NCBI GenBank assembly: GCA_965205495.1
Contig: CBDBHA010000002.1
Location: forward strand, 2,827,295-2,891,294
Origin: Dehalococcoidia bacterium
GTDB lineage: Bacteria; Chloroflexota; Dehalococcoidia; Lucifugimonadales; UBA3495
DNA length: 64,000 nt
Reading direction: 5' to 3'
Shown: in pieces, positions 28,852 to 39,040 of the stretch
Layout of the letters: every line of letters starts with the position of its first letter
Position numbering within the stretch: the first letter of the stretch is position 1
Made by a program: the position numbers and the translations under genes
Notes under the pieces: model-generated
Told to the model about the DNA's origin: nothing
The model's input: only the letters and a program-made list of their open reading frames with translations
Databases searched by the model: none

Positions 28852-28981
28852 CAAGACAATTCCAAAGTCCCTACGAACACCTATCGTCATTCCCGATTCC
28901 CGCGAACGCGGGAATCCAGGTCGTACCTGGCCTGGCAAGCGTCCCTTTCCCTCAAAATTACCTCGCCTTGCAATCGTCCTG
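28852..28981 (+). repeat. Repeat family A, copy 3 (with small internal duplication)
   Basis: Aligns with the other A copies. Carries an extra CATTCCCGA before the hairpin. Confidence 0.9.
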
Positions 28982-29054
28982 TTCACCCTCCCCCGCCCTT
29001 TTCATCCTCCCAAAATGCCGCTTCCAGCCCCCTCCTCACCCTGAGCCCGTCGAA

Positions 29055-29116
29055 CCAGCGGGTACCGAGGCAATGACCGAATACCTGAAGGAACTGGGCC
29101 CCCAATTGGTGGTGGT
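29055..29116 (+). mobile_element. 62-bp relic identical to an internal piece of the IS110 transposase gene
   Basis: 100 percent identical to 35019-35080 (codes [20 protein letters not shown]). Flanked on both sides by family C repeat units. Confidence 0.9.
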
Positions 29117-29134
29117 CATCCTGAGCCCCACTAC

Positions 29135-29238
29135 CGGTCATTCCGAACCGAAGGGAGGAATCTAAAATCCATCGCGGCCAGCCGGACTGCCCCTGGAATC
29201 ACCGTCGCAAGCTCCCCACAACGACAATGGAAAGCCCC
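29135..29238 (+). repeat. Repeat family B, copy 3
   Basis: Aligns with the other B copies. Confidence 0.8.
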
Positions 29239-29540
29239 ATTCCACCCTCCAATCCCCTTCCATCATTCTTTATGGGATTCTCGGAACATCCCGTCGTTCC
29301 CGCGGAGGCGGGAATCCAGAAATGTCAAGATTTCGGAACGTTGGTAAGTGTTCAGAGTTACGGCATCAGGGTCAGGGGCATCTGGTTATTGCAACGGCGC
29401 TCCGACCGCCCAGGACGAGGTTGGGGAGGGGATTTCTGGGTTCCGGCTCAAGGCCGGAACGACGTGGGGTGGTTCGTCCTTCGACGAGCTCAGGATGATG
29501 GTTCGACGGGCTCACCAAGAACGGGAGATTTTTAAGGTGC

Positions 29541-29570
29541 TGGGACTTTTGGGGACTTTCTGGGACATTT
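29541..29570 (+). repeat. Three tandem 10-bp iteron-like repeats TGGGACTTTT/GGGGACTTTC/TGGGACATTT
   Basis: Exact 10-bp phasing (29541, 29551, 29561). Further TGGGAC/TAGGAC boxes at 29956, 29992 and 30002. Confidence 0.75.
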
Positions 29571-29586
29571 TTCGGGTTGGGCGGGG

Positions 29587-29910
29587 TTAGGAGAGACAGG
29601 GGGAGGGACGCCAGGGTAGGAGGGCGTCTAAGAGGAGCTTGTGGTCTGGCTCCTTTTTGCGGCGGCGGCAGTAGTCGAGGTAGCCGAAGGTACCGGTGAA
29701 GGGTAGGAATCGGAAACCGGAGTCGGCCACCTTTCGGATGAAGTTGTGGGGGTCTGGGAGGGGTTTGTTCTGGGATTGGGCGTCGGCCCATTCTTCGCAG
29801 AGTTGGTCCACGTGACGGCCGAGCAGAACCTCGTGACGGGGGCGGTAGAGTTTACGTCTGAGGGCGCGGACGCGGTTGGCTAGGCCGGCAAGGCTGGGAA
29901 ATTCGGTCAT
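29587..29910 (-). CDS. Hypothetical 107-aa protein flanked by GTCCCA boxes
   Basis: ATG 29910 with GGAGGA upstream and protein-like composition. No family recognised. Confidence 0.4.
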   Translation of the reverse strand: MTEFPSLAGLANRVRALRRKLYRPRHEVLLGRHVDQLCEEWADAQSQNKPLPDPHNFIRKVADSGFRFLPFTGTFGYLDYCRRRKKEPDHKLLLDALLPWRPSPCLS

Positions 29911-30105
29911 TTGGGGGTTCCTCCGGGTTTTGGATTTATTGGGGGTTTGGATGGATGGGACAGGTGAGATTTTTTACTTGTTGGGACATTTGGGGGCTTT
30001 TTAGGACATGGGGTTGGTTGTCTCGTCCGGTCGGTCCGGGGGTTGGATTTTTTGGGGTGGGGTTAGGTCTATCTATAGTTATGTTAGAGAGTCGTCACCG
30101 GAAGT

Positions 30106-30341
30106 GGCAAGGGGCAAGTGTCAGTGACTTTTTTGGGGGGAATGTCCTTCGACGGAGCTCAGGATGATGGGGGTGGTTCGACGGGCTCACCACGAGCGGG
30201 GTGGGGCTCACCATGATGGAGGGATTTCTGGATTCCGGCTCAAAGCCTGCCTCGTACCCGATACGGGGGCCGGAATGACGGACCTTGGGTTGGGCTAACC
30301 CCTTCATTTTGAACAGTTACCACTGACACTTGCCCCTTGCC
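30106..30341. repeat. Perfect 21-bp inverted repeat bracketing 194 bp of nested repeats
   Basis: GGCAAGGGGCAAGTGTCAGTG (30106-30126) and its exact reverse complement (30321-30341). Confidence 0.9.
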
Positions 30342-30608
30342 AACAACGGCGCCGATTTGCCATGCTGGTCATAAAGAAAACCCCGACGCCTTCCCGACCA
30401 GCGCCTCCACTCCCGGCCCTCCCCGAAATGCCCCAATATGTCCCCAAGTTTCATTTTTCAACACTGCTCACTGCCCTTCCCTGGGGCGATTGGCTCCTAA
30501 AAAATGTTCGCTTTCGGCCCTGCAATGTGCTATGTTTGGTCAAACATCAAGGCTTTTTCCCTCGTTTTCCAATAGTTGGATTTCCACAACTCGGAGGAGG
30601 TGGACCGG

Positions 30609-31928
30609 ATGCGTATTCTGCTAGTGGCCACCAATCGGCACAATCGGTGGATGAGCAAGGAAGAAGTCCGGCCCCTGCCCATCGGGTTGGCTTACGTCGC
30701 CGCGTATATCGACCCCAACCTCCACTCCCTTCGCGTCCTCGACCTCATGTTCGCCGACGACTACTTGGCCGAAACCCAGCGGGTGGTCCAGGAGTTCAAC
30801 CCCGACCTGGTCGGCATCTCCATTCGCAACCTGGACAACGGCAGCTACGTTAACCCCCAGTCTGCCCTCCCCATTACCCGCGACGTCATCCAGCGCATCC
30901 GCAGTTGCAGCTCCGCCGTCATCGTCTGCGGCGGCCCGGCCTTCAGCACCCTGCCCCAGGACTGTTTCCGTTACCTGGAGCCCGACGTCGGCCTGGCCGG
31001 TGACGCCGCCGAGACCTTCGCGGAGTTGGCCGGGCTGATCGAAAACTCCCGGCCCTACCACCAGCTATCCGGCGTCGTCTATCTCGAAAATGGCGAAATC
31101 AAGACCTCTCCCCAGCGCGCCGCTTCCGGCCTTTCCGTCCCGCCCCGCCTCGACGACCTGGACCTCGACCAGTACAAGCAGGCCGGCTTCGGTGTCGGCG
31201 TAATCACCAAGCTGGGCTGGTACAACTCCACCGTCCCCAGTCCCAACCCGGAAGAGGAATGGCGCTTGGTCCGCCCCGTGTCCGAAGTCATTAGCGAGTT
31301 GAAGCGCCTCCAGTCCAGCTACGGTCTCAACGAGTTCTTCTTCATCGACCAGGGCTTCAACCGCCCCGCCGACTACGCCAAGGAGCTTTGCCAGAACATC
31401 GTCGATGAAGCCCTGGGTATCCGCTGGAACACCAACCTGAAACCCCAGGGCATAGACCAGGAACTCATGGACCTCATGGCCGAGTCCGGCTGCCGCATGG
31501 TCCTCATCGGCGGCGCCAACATGACTGCCCACTCGGTGATGAACGACGGCGCCGAGGAACGGGTCCAATTCGCCGAAGAGCTGGCCAGCCTCCAACGCCT
31601 CTGCGACCTCTGCCACTCGGGCGGCCTCTCCTACGCCATTACCCAGGGTTTCGGCGAGCCCGGCGAGTCCCCCGATACCGTCCGGGCCAAGCTGGCCTTC
31701 CTCTCCACCGCCGCCGGTCAGGACCGTTCCATCCCCGTAACCCTCCGAATCGGCAACCGCCTCCTCCCCGGCAGCGAATTGACCCAACGCGCCATCCAGG
31801 AGGGCGTCATCCAGGACCAGGCCGACCTCCTAATGCCCGTCTTTTACGTCGCTTCCTCCATTCGCGCCGATCTGGTGGAAACCCTCCAGACCGCCGTCCA
31901 AGACCACCCCCTCTGGAACATCATGTAA
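30609..31928 (+). CDS. B12-binding-domain / radical-SAM-like protein lacking the CxxxCxxC motif
   Basis: The N-terminus MRILLVATN...PLPIGLAYVAAY...DLVGIS is typical of B12-binding rSAM enzymes. The position of the SAM cluster reads VITKLGWYNSTVP, with no Cys triad. ATG 30609 follows GGAGGAGGTGG. Confidence 0.65.
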   Translation: MRILLVATNRHNRWMSKEEVRPLPIGLAYVAAYIDPNLHSLRVLDLMFADDYLAETQRVVQEFNPDLVGISIRNLDNGSYVNPQSALPITRDVIQRIRSCSSAVIVCGGPAFSTLPQDCFRYLEPDVGLAGDAAETFAELAGLIENSRPYHQLSGVVYLENGEIKTSPQRAASGLSVPPRLDDLDLDQYKQAGFGVGVITKLGWYNSTVPSPNPEEEWRLVRPVSEVISELKRLQSSYGLNEFFFIDQGFNRPADYAKELCQNIVDEALGIRWNTNLKPQGIDQELMDLMAESGCRMVLIGGANMTAHSVMNDGAEERVQFAEELASLQRLCDLCHSGGLSYAITQGFGEPGESPDTVRAKLAFLSTAAGQDRSIPVTLRIGNRLLPGSELTQRAIQEGVIQDQADLLMPVFYVASSIRADLVETLQTAVQDHPLWNIM

Positions 31929-32003
31929 CCCCGCCCCGTTCGTCTGAGCCCCGTCGAAGGATCGTCCTGAGCCCCGTCGAACCACCCTACCCCCCGGACC
32001 AAA

Positions 32004-32206
32004 CGTAAGTGTTCAGAATTGATGAGTCATCCTGGCATTAAACCGTCATCCCGGCCTCGAGCCGGAATCCAGGAATCCCGGTCATTTCGAACGCCGGCCT
32101 CTCCCTGACCATTCCGGATCCCGGCTCAAAGCCTGCCCCGTACCCGATACGGGGGCCGGAATGACGGATCTTGGGTTGGGCTAACTCCTTCATCCTGAAC
32201 AGTTAC
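32004..32206 (+). repeat. Repeat family D (MITE-like, long form, 203 bp)
   Basis: Termini CGTAAGTGTTCAGAAT...CTGAACAGTTAC. Core hairpin CCGGC-TCAAAGCCTG-CCCCGTA-CCCGA-TACGGGG-GCCGG. Confidence 0.85.
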
Positions 32207-32311
32207 AACCAAACTCCGGGGGTTTTTCCATCCGGGGTTTGGTGCTACCGTAGATTGACCCCATAAATCAAAACCGGGGCCTCCTTACGGAGTATCTAGC
32301 GGAGTAGGCAG

Positions 32312-33475
32312 ATGAAACAGACCGCCGAAGTTGTGGTAATAGGCGGCGGAGTGATGGGTTGCAGCATCCTCTACCACCTGGCCCACGAGGGGTTGACCGA
32401 CACCCTCCTCCTGGAGCAGGACGTCCTGGGCTCCGGCTCCACCGGACGCTCCCAGACCATCTGCCGGATGCACTACTCCAACCCCATAACCGCCGCCATG
32501 GCCTGGCAAAGTCTGGAGGTATTCGCCAACTTCGACGAAATGGTCGGCGGCAGTTCCGGTTTCGTCCAGACCGGTTATCTCGTGGCAGTCTCCCAGCAGG
32601 ACGTGGCCGGACTCCACAAGAACATCGCCATGCAGCAGGACCTGGGCATTGCCACCGGCCTCATCACCCCCGAGGAACTGCGTGACCTGGCTCCCATGAT
32701 CGAGGTCTCCGAGGGCGAGGGTCTGGCCTGGGAACCCCTCTCCGGCTACGCCGACTCCCACCAGGTAACCACCTCCTTCGCCGCCCAGGCCCGGGCCCAG
32801 GGAGCCGAAGTTGCCATGCGCACCACCGCCACCGGCGTCGAAATCGCCAACGGCCGTGTCCAGGCCGTAATCACCAATCAGGGGCGCGTTGAAACCCCCA
32901 TCGCGGTGGTCGCCGCCGGTCCCTGGTCCAAAGAGTTGATGGCCGCCATCGGCGTCGACGTTCCCCTGTCCACCGTCCGCCACCAGGTCGCCAACATCAT
33001 GCGTCCGGTGGACCAGTTGCCCTACCACCCCATCGTCGGCGACATCGCCCACTCCTGCTCCTTCCGTCCCGACGGCCCGGCCATGACCCTGGTGGGCTTC
33101 GGCGAAGAGCCCGCGGGAGTGGACACGTACAACCAGGGCGTCGACCTCGACCGCCTGGTCCAGATCATGGAGGGTGTCACCCAGCGCGTCCCCTTGATGG
33201 CCGAGTCCTTCTTCCGGGGCGGCTGGTCCGGCTTGTTTACCATCACTCCCGACTGGCATCCCATCATGGACCGCGTCCCAGGCATCGAGGGCCTCTTTTG
33301 CGCCATCGGCTTCAGCGGCCACGGCTTCAAACTCTCCCCGGCCATCGGCAAGTCCATGGCCGAGCTTATCGCCCGGGGCGAGGGCGTTTCAGTGGACTTG
33401 ACCCCGCTGCGTTTCACCAGGTTCGACGAAGGCGACCTGCTGACGTCCAGCTACCGCTACAACGTGCTGGCCTAA
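32312..33475 (+). CDS. FAD-dependent oxidoreductase (DAO / sarcosine-oxidase-beta-like)
   Basis: VVVIGGGVMGCSILYHLA dinucleotide fold and DAO-family C-terminus GFSGHGFKLSPA. Confidence 0.85.
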   Translation: MKQTAEVVVIGGGVMGCSILYHLAHEGLTDTLLLEQDVLGSGSTGRSQTICRMHYSNPITAAMAWQSLEVFANFDEMVGGSSGFVQTGYLVAVSQQDVAGLHKNIAMQQDLGIATGLITPEELRDLAPMIEVSEGEGLAWEPLSGYADSHQVTTSFAAQARAQGAEVAMRTTATGVEIANGRVQAVITNQGRVETPIAVVAAGPWSKELMAAIGVDVPLSTVRHQVANIMRPVDQLPYHPIVGDIAHSCSFRPDGPAMTLVGFGEEPAGVDTYNQGVDLDRLVQIMEGVTQRVPLMAESFFRGGWSGLFTITPDWHPIMDRVPGIEGLFCAIGFSGHGFKLSPAIGKSMAELIARGEGVSVDLTPLRFTRFDEGDLLTSSYRYNVLA

Positions 33476-33482
33476 AGATGCC

Positions 33483-33605
33483 CAGGACGATTGCAAGGTC
33501 CGGATAAACACTTACCGTCATTCCCGCGCAGGCGGGAATCCAGGTTGCACCCGGCCTGGCCAGCGTCCCTTTCCCTCAGAATTGCATCACTTTGCAATCG
33601 TCCTG
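33483..33605 (+). repeat. Repeat family A, copy 4
   Basis: Full-length alignment to the other A copies. Confidence 0.9.
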
Positions 33606-33706
33606 TTAAGGATGCCAAATGCGTTGACCTTTCCAGGGCTTTCCGTTAGTATTCCAACCCCCAGCATCCCTGGGGGGACAGAGACCAAAAGGCCGGAGGT
33701 GTTCAG

Positions 33707-34003
33707 ATGTTTATCAGAATGGTTTGGGGGAAGCTTCGACCCGGTTCTTGGGAAGAGTACGAACGGCACTACCACGAACGTCTGGCCGGCGGCGCAGCCG
33801 TCGCAGGCCTTCAGGAACGCCAATTGCTCCGCAGCACCGAGGACCCGGACGAAGGCATCAGCGTCAGCATCTGGGATACGCTGGACAATATGCGTACCTA
33901 CGAGACCGGCGAGTTCCGCCAGAACGTAGCCCGGGAAGTGGAGCACCTCTATCGGGGCGAGTACTGGGTGAAGCACTTCGAGGTTAGCTCCACCGACGCT
34001 TAG
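33707..34003 (+). CDS. ABM (antibiotic-biosynthesis-monooxygenase-like) domain protein
   Basis: 98 aa. MFIRMVWGKL...W..Y....Y.. matches the ferredoxin-like ABM pattern. Confidence 0.6.
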   Translation: MFIRMVWGKLRPGSWEEYERHYHERLAGGAAVAGLQERQLLRSTEDPDEGISVSIWDTLDNMRTYETGEFRQNVAREVEHLYRGEYWVKHFEVSSTDA

Positions 34004-34035
34004 GCCATCCCCGGGCACATCAACCCTATGCCGCA

Positions 34036-34064
34036 ACAAAAAGGGCGGGCCGCAAGGCCCGCCC
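34036..34064 (-). terminator. Rho-independent terminator for the glcG-like gene
   Basis: GGGCGGGCC-GCAA-GGCCCGCCC hairpin with an A5 run on the + strand (T5 on the minus strand after the stem). Confidence 0.55.
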
Positions 34065-34113
34065 CCACGCGTTACCGGCGGGCCATCCCAAGACCCGCCA
34101 ACTAACCAAAACC

Positions 34114-34512
34114 CTACAGCGCCTCAATCCCGGCCCGCGCCGCATCTTCGTCCTCCTGCGCCGTCCCGCCGCTGCCGCCCACCGCGCCGATTAGCTCGCC
34201 GTCCCGGAATATGGGCAACGCCCCCTGTCCCGGCACAAACTCTCCCTTCTCCACCTCCATCACCGCCCGCAGGACCGGCGTCAACGCCCGGTCAGTCAGG
34301 TCGTTGCTGGGAATCCCGAAACAGGCCGCGGCCCGCGCCTTCCCCCGGGAAACGTAGGGCGTCCGCCAGGGCGCGCCATCCATCCGCACCATGCACTTCA
34401 AGTCTCCCCGGGCGTCCACCACCGATATGCTGAGCTTAACCCCCATATCCGCGGCCTTGCCTTTGGCCGCTTGCAATATCCGTTCCGCGTCTTCCAGGCT
34501 GATGTCAGGCAT
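34114..34512 (-). CDS. GlcG/HbpS-like heme-binding (DUF336) protein
   Basis: The VVDARGDL......DGA and GGVPI...GELIGAVGGSGG-type pattern is characteristic of this family. Confidence 0.85.
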   Translation of the reverse strand: MPDISLEDAERILQAAKGKAADMGVKLSISVVDARGDLKCMVRMDGAPWRTPYVSRGKARAAACFGIPSNDLTDRALTPVLRAVMEVEKGEFVPGQGALPIFRDGELIGAVGGSGGTAQEDEDAARAGIEAL

Positions 34513-34691
34513 AATCCTTCCTCCCTCTAGTTGTGATCGTCATGTGCCCGCCCGAATTATAGTCAATCCACCACCAGACCGTACATCGCCCCCCAACCCT
34601 CAAAACCGTTCGTGGTGACCCCCCCAACCGTTTGTGGTGCGGCCCCAACCGTTCGTGGTTAGCCCGCCGAACCACCTGAGCCCCCAGTCCG

Positions 34692-35867
<1,176 letters not shown>

Positions 35868-35898
35868 CCCTCAAAACCCTTGACACCAAAGACAGTTG

Positions 35899-36050
35899 CT
35901 GAGCCCCGTCGAAGGATCATCCCAAGCCAACCCCAGCCCCCAGTCCGTTCGTCCTGAGCCCCGTCGAAGGATCATCCCAAGCCAACCCTAGCCCCCAGTC
36001 CGTTCGTCCTGAGCCCCGTCGAAGGGCGCACGGACGGTCGCACAAAACAA
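35899..36050 (+). repeat. 55-bp tandem repeat (2.7 units) of family C units
   Basis: Units start at 35899, 35954 and 36009 (CTGAGCCCCGTCGAAGG...). Confidence 0.9.
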
Positions 36051-36278
36051 CCCCAAACGCGCCAGGATTAACCCCTTTCCCTCATGCCATCCTCAAACCC
36101 GTTCTTCCCAAGCCCCGTCCAACCGTTCGTGGTGAGCCCCCCTTGCCGTTCGTGGTAAGCCCGTCGAACCCACCAACCCCCCCGCCGCATTGCACCCTTT
36201 CAACGCCGGGTCTATCATTGAATCCCAGACCGGAGAATCCCAAACCCGCGAACCCCAGACGGACGGCAGAGGTGCGCC

Positions 36279-37220
36279 ATGAAGTTCGGTTTCTACCTGC
36301 CCAACCACGGCCCGGCAGCCCGCCCCGAACCCCTGGCAGCCATCGCCCAGAAAGGCGATGACCTGGGGTTCTACTGCATGGTGGCCGGCGACCATATCCT
36401 CGTCCCCGACACCATCGAATCTCCCTACCCTTACACCGTCGGCGGCCAATTCCCCGGCGGCGAGAGCGGGGAATACTTCGAACAACTGACCCTCCTTTCC
36501 TACCTCTGCGGCGTCACCAAGCAAATCCGCCTGGTCCCCAGCGTGATGATTGTCCCCCACCGCCCGCCCCTGCTAACCGCCAAGATTCTAGCCACCTTAG
36601 ACGTGCTTTCCCAGGGCCGCCTTACCCTGGGCGTCGGTGTCGGCTGGATGGAAGAGGAGTTCCAGGCCCTGGGCGCCCCGCCCTTCGCCCAGCGCGGCGC
36701 AGTCACCAACGAATACCTGCGGGCCTTCAAGGAACTCTGGACCAGCGACAACCCCACCTTCGACGGCGAGTTCTGCCAATTCTCCGATCTGAAGTTCCTG
36801 CCCAAGCCCGTGCAGCAGCCCCATCCGCCCATCTGGGTCGGCGGACAAAGCCGGCCGGCCATCCGCCGCGCCGCTGAGTTGGGCAACGGCTGGCACCCGG
36901 TGGGCGGCATTCCCGCTTCCCCCCTGGAACCCGAGGAGATGGCAACCAACCTGGCCCTCCTGCGCCGCTACGCCGAGAACGCGGGCCGCGACCCCGCCGA
37001 GTTGGACGTTGCCATGAAGACTCCCCTTTACGACGTCAGTTCCGATCCCGGTGGCCCCCACCGCCGCTTCTCCGGCAGCCCCCAGGAAATCCTTCAAGAC
37101 GTCCAGACCTATTCCGAAATCGGCGTAACCCACCTGATCTTCGACATCCGCGGCTCCGGCCTGACCGACGCCCTGGAACGCCTGGAATGGTTCGCTTCCG
37201 AAATCATGGCCCACGCCTAG
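36279..37220 (+). CDS. LLM-class F420-dependent oxidoreductase
   Basis: MKFGFYLPN, GRLTLGVGVGW and PKPVQQPHPPIWVGG motifs. Confidence 0.85.
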   Translation: MKFGFYLPNHGPAARPEPLAAIAQKGDDLGFYCMVAGDHILVPDTIESPYPYTVGGQFPGGESGEYFEQLTLLSYLCGVTKQIRLVPSVMIVPHRPPLLTAKILATLDVLSQGRLTLGVGVGWMEEEFQALGAPPFAQRGAVTNEYLRAFKELWTSDNPTFDGEFCQFSDLKFLPKPVQQPHPPIWVGGQSRPAIRRAAELGNGWHPVGGIPASPLEPEEMATNLALLRRYAENAGRDPAELDVAMKTPLYDVSSDPGGPHRRFSGSPQEILQDVQTYSEIGVTHLIFDIRGSGLTDALERLEWFASEIMAHA

Positions 37221-37335
37221 CCCCAGCCTTGCTGTGTTAAATCCCCCGACGGGATATAATGAGTTGAGCCCAAACTTTCCGCCGGTGGGCTGCCGCCCCG
37301 GGCGAAAAATAGTTGGCAACTGAGGAGGAAAGCAA

Positions 37336-38136
37336 GTGACTACCCTGGAAGAACGCTACCGCCAAGGTCAAGAAATGAGGGACATCCTCGCCGGTGGAGA
37401 CCTGACCCATTACACCCTCCCCGGCACCGACGTCCTGGCCCCCGACCTCAAGCGCATCATCGACGAGTCCCTTTTTGGCGCCATCTGGAATCGGGGCGGC
37501 CTCGACCTCAAGCTCCGTTGTATCGCCACCCTGGCGGCGCTAACCACCCTGGGTCAGCTTCCCCTGCTCCGCCGCACCATCGAACGCTGCCTCAACGTGG
37601 GCGTAACCCCCGCTCAGGTCGTTGAGGTGTTCGTCCAGATGACCTTCTACGTGGGCGTGCCGGCAGTCGAAGAGGCTATGAGCCTGACTAAGACCATCTT
37701 CGAGGCCCGGGGCGTCAAGTACACCCCCACCAGGGCTTACAACACCGAACGCACCACCGATGAGTTGTTCGCAGAGGGAGTCCGCATTCACGAACAATAC
37801 ATCGCCGACATCACCGCCTACCGCACCGACGATCCCGACTCCCAGGAAAACCAACTGGACCGGATTATCAACGAGTACCATTGGGGCGCCATCTACAGCC
37901 GGCCCCATCTGGACGAGAAGGCCCGGGTCATCTGCGGACTGGCCGCCATGACCGTCCTCGGACAATACGACCGCCAGCTTCGCGCCCGCGTCTCCGGAGC
38001 CTTGCGCGTCGGAATGACCCAGGAGGAAATCATGGAGGTCTTCATCCAACTGACCATGTACGGCGGCTACTTCAACACCCGTGTCGCCATGCGCATCGCC
38101 CGCTCCGTGTTTAACGAACAGGGAGTAACCGCCTAG
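37336..38136 (+). CDS. Carboxymuconolactone decarboxylase (AhpD-like) family protein, two CMD domains
   Basis: Two repeats of the pattern ...W.R..LD...R.......L...G......H......G.T.EE..E...Q...Y.G.P. GTG start follows GAGGAGGAAAG. Confidence 0.75.
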   Translation: MTTLEERYRQGQEMRDILAGGDLTHYTLPGTDVLAPDLKRIIDESLFGAIWNRGGLDLKLRCIATLAALTTLGQLPLLRRTIERCLNVGVTPAQVVEVFVQMTFYVGVPAVEEAMSLTKTIFEARGVKYTPTRAYNTERTTDELFAEGVRIHEQYIADITAYRTDDPDSQENQLDRIINEYHWGAIYSRPHLDEKARVICGLAAMTVLGQYDRQLRARVSGALRVGMTQEEIMEVFIQLTMYGGYFNTRVAMRIARSVFNEQGVTA

Positions 38137-38197
38137 TCCCCGCCAACCGTCCGCCTGGGGCGGCGCCAGTCAACCAGCGCCAAGATGAGGGGGAGTT

Positions 38198-38992
38198 ATG
38201 AGACTAAAGCTAGATGATGGCCTGGAGTTGTTCTACACCGTGGACGACTTCACAGATCCGTGGACGGAACCGGAAACCGTGGTCATGCACCACGGCATGG
38301 CCAAGAGCCACAAACTGTGGTTCGGCTGGGTTCCCATCATCGCCCGCCACTACCGGGTTATCCGCTACGACATGCGCGGCATGGGCGATTCCGATGTCCC
38401 CGAGCCCGGCTACCCCTGGACCCTCGACAATTTCGCCAAGGACCTGGCCGAAGTCGCCGATAAGCTGGAACTCGAAAAGTTCCACCTCATCGGCGAAACG
38501 GTCGGCGGCAGCATCTCCATGCGTTACGCCACCCTCCACCAGGACCGGCTGCTGTCCCTCACCGCCTGCACCTCCCCCACCAACTTCGGCGACCCCCACC
38601 ACGGCGAGAGCGCCGCTTTGATTGAGTCCCAAGGCGTCGCCGCTTGGGTGGAAAACACCATCGGACGCCGCCTCGACCCCCAAATCGTCGATCCGGCCTA
38701 CATCCGCTGGTACGCCGACCTGATGTCCCGCACCCCGGCCCACGTTGTCGCCGGTTTCCAACACCACGCCGAAGGCGACCTGCGGCCCCTTCTCAAAGAC
38801 GTGCAAACCCCCACCCTGATCATTGCCGCCGCCGCCCTCCGGGAAGAGGTCCTGGGCGATTTCCGCGACGCCTCCTCCCTGTTCCCCAACGGCCGCCGCG
38901 TAGTTTTCCCGGGAGTCGCCGGTTTCGTTCAGCACATCCTCCCCGTACCCTGCGCCCGGGTTTGGCTGGACTTCGCCCAGAGCCTGGAGTGA
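38198..38992 (+). CDS. Alpha/beta hydrolase (3-oxoadipate enol-lactonase-like)
   Basis: HHGMAKS, nucleophile elbow GETVGGS and RYDMRGMGDS. Confidence 0.85.
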   Translation: MRLKLDDGLELFYTVDDFTDPWTEPETVVMHHGMAKSHKLWFGWVPIIARHYRVIRYDMRGMGDSDVPEPGYPWTLDNFAKDLAEVADKLELEKFHLIGETVGGSISMRYATLHQDRLLSLTACTSPTNFGDPHHGESAALIESQGVAAWVENTIGRRLDPQIVDPAYIRWYADLMSRTPAHVVAGFQHHAEGDLRPLLKDVQTPTLIIAAAALREEVLGDFRDASSLFPNGRRVVFPGVAGFVQHILPVPCARVWLDFAQSLE

Positions 38993-39040
38993 CCCGCCGC
39001 CTTACCCTGTTCCCATTCGGCGCCTGAAAGGGGTTATAAA

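Noticed and set aside
28761-28860. Possible glycine riboswitch in the ~95-nt leader of the gcvT-H-PA-PB operon. The minus-strand RNA reads ...CUUGGGAGAGUGGAUUACCGGGCUGGCGGGGGGAAAUUGGAAGGUGGUAGGAUACCUGCGGCUUUGGAUAACGAC...
   Set aside because: A GGAGAG box, a GAAGG and a GGCUUUGGAUAAC segment appear in roughly the right order. However, the nearly invariant core (CACCGAAGGGGCAA, CUCAGGCAAAAGGAC) is not matched, and I could not draw the P1/P2/P3 helices. A cmsearch with the Rfam glycine model would settle it; a significant hit would overturn this rejection.
35899-36050. Regularly spaced repeats at 35899-36050 and 41363-41490 considered as a CRISPR array
   Set aside because: The whole period is repeated, including what would be the spacer. 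The units are copies of the dispersed family C repeat, and there are no cas genes in the window.
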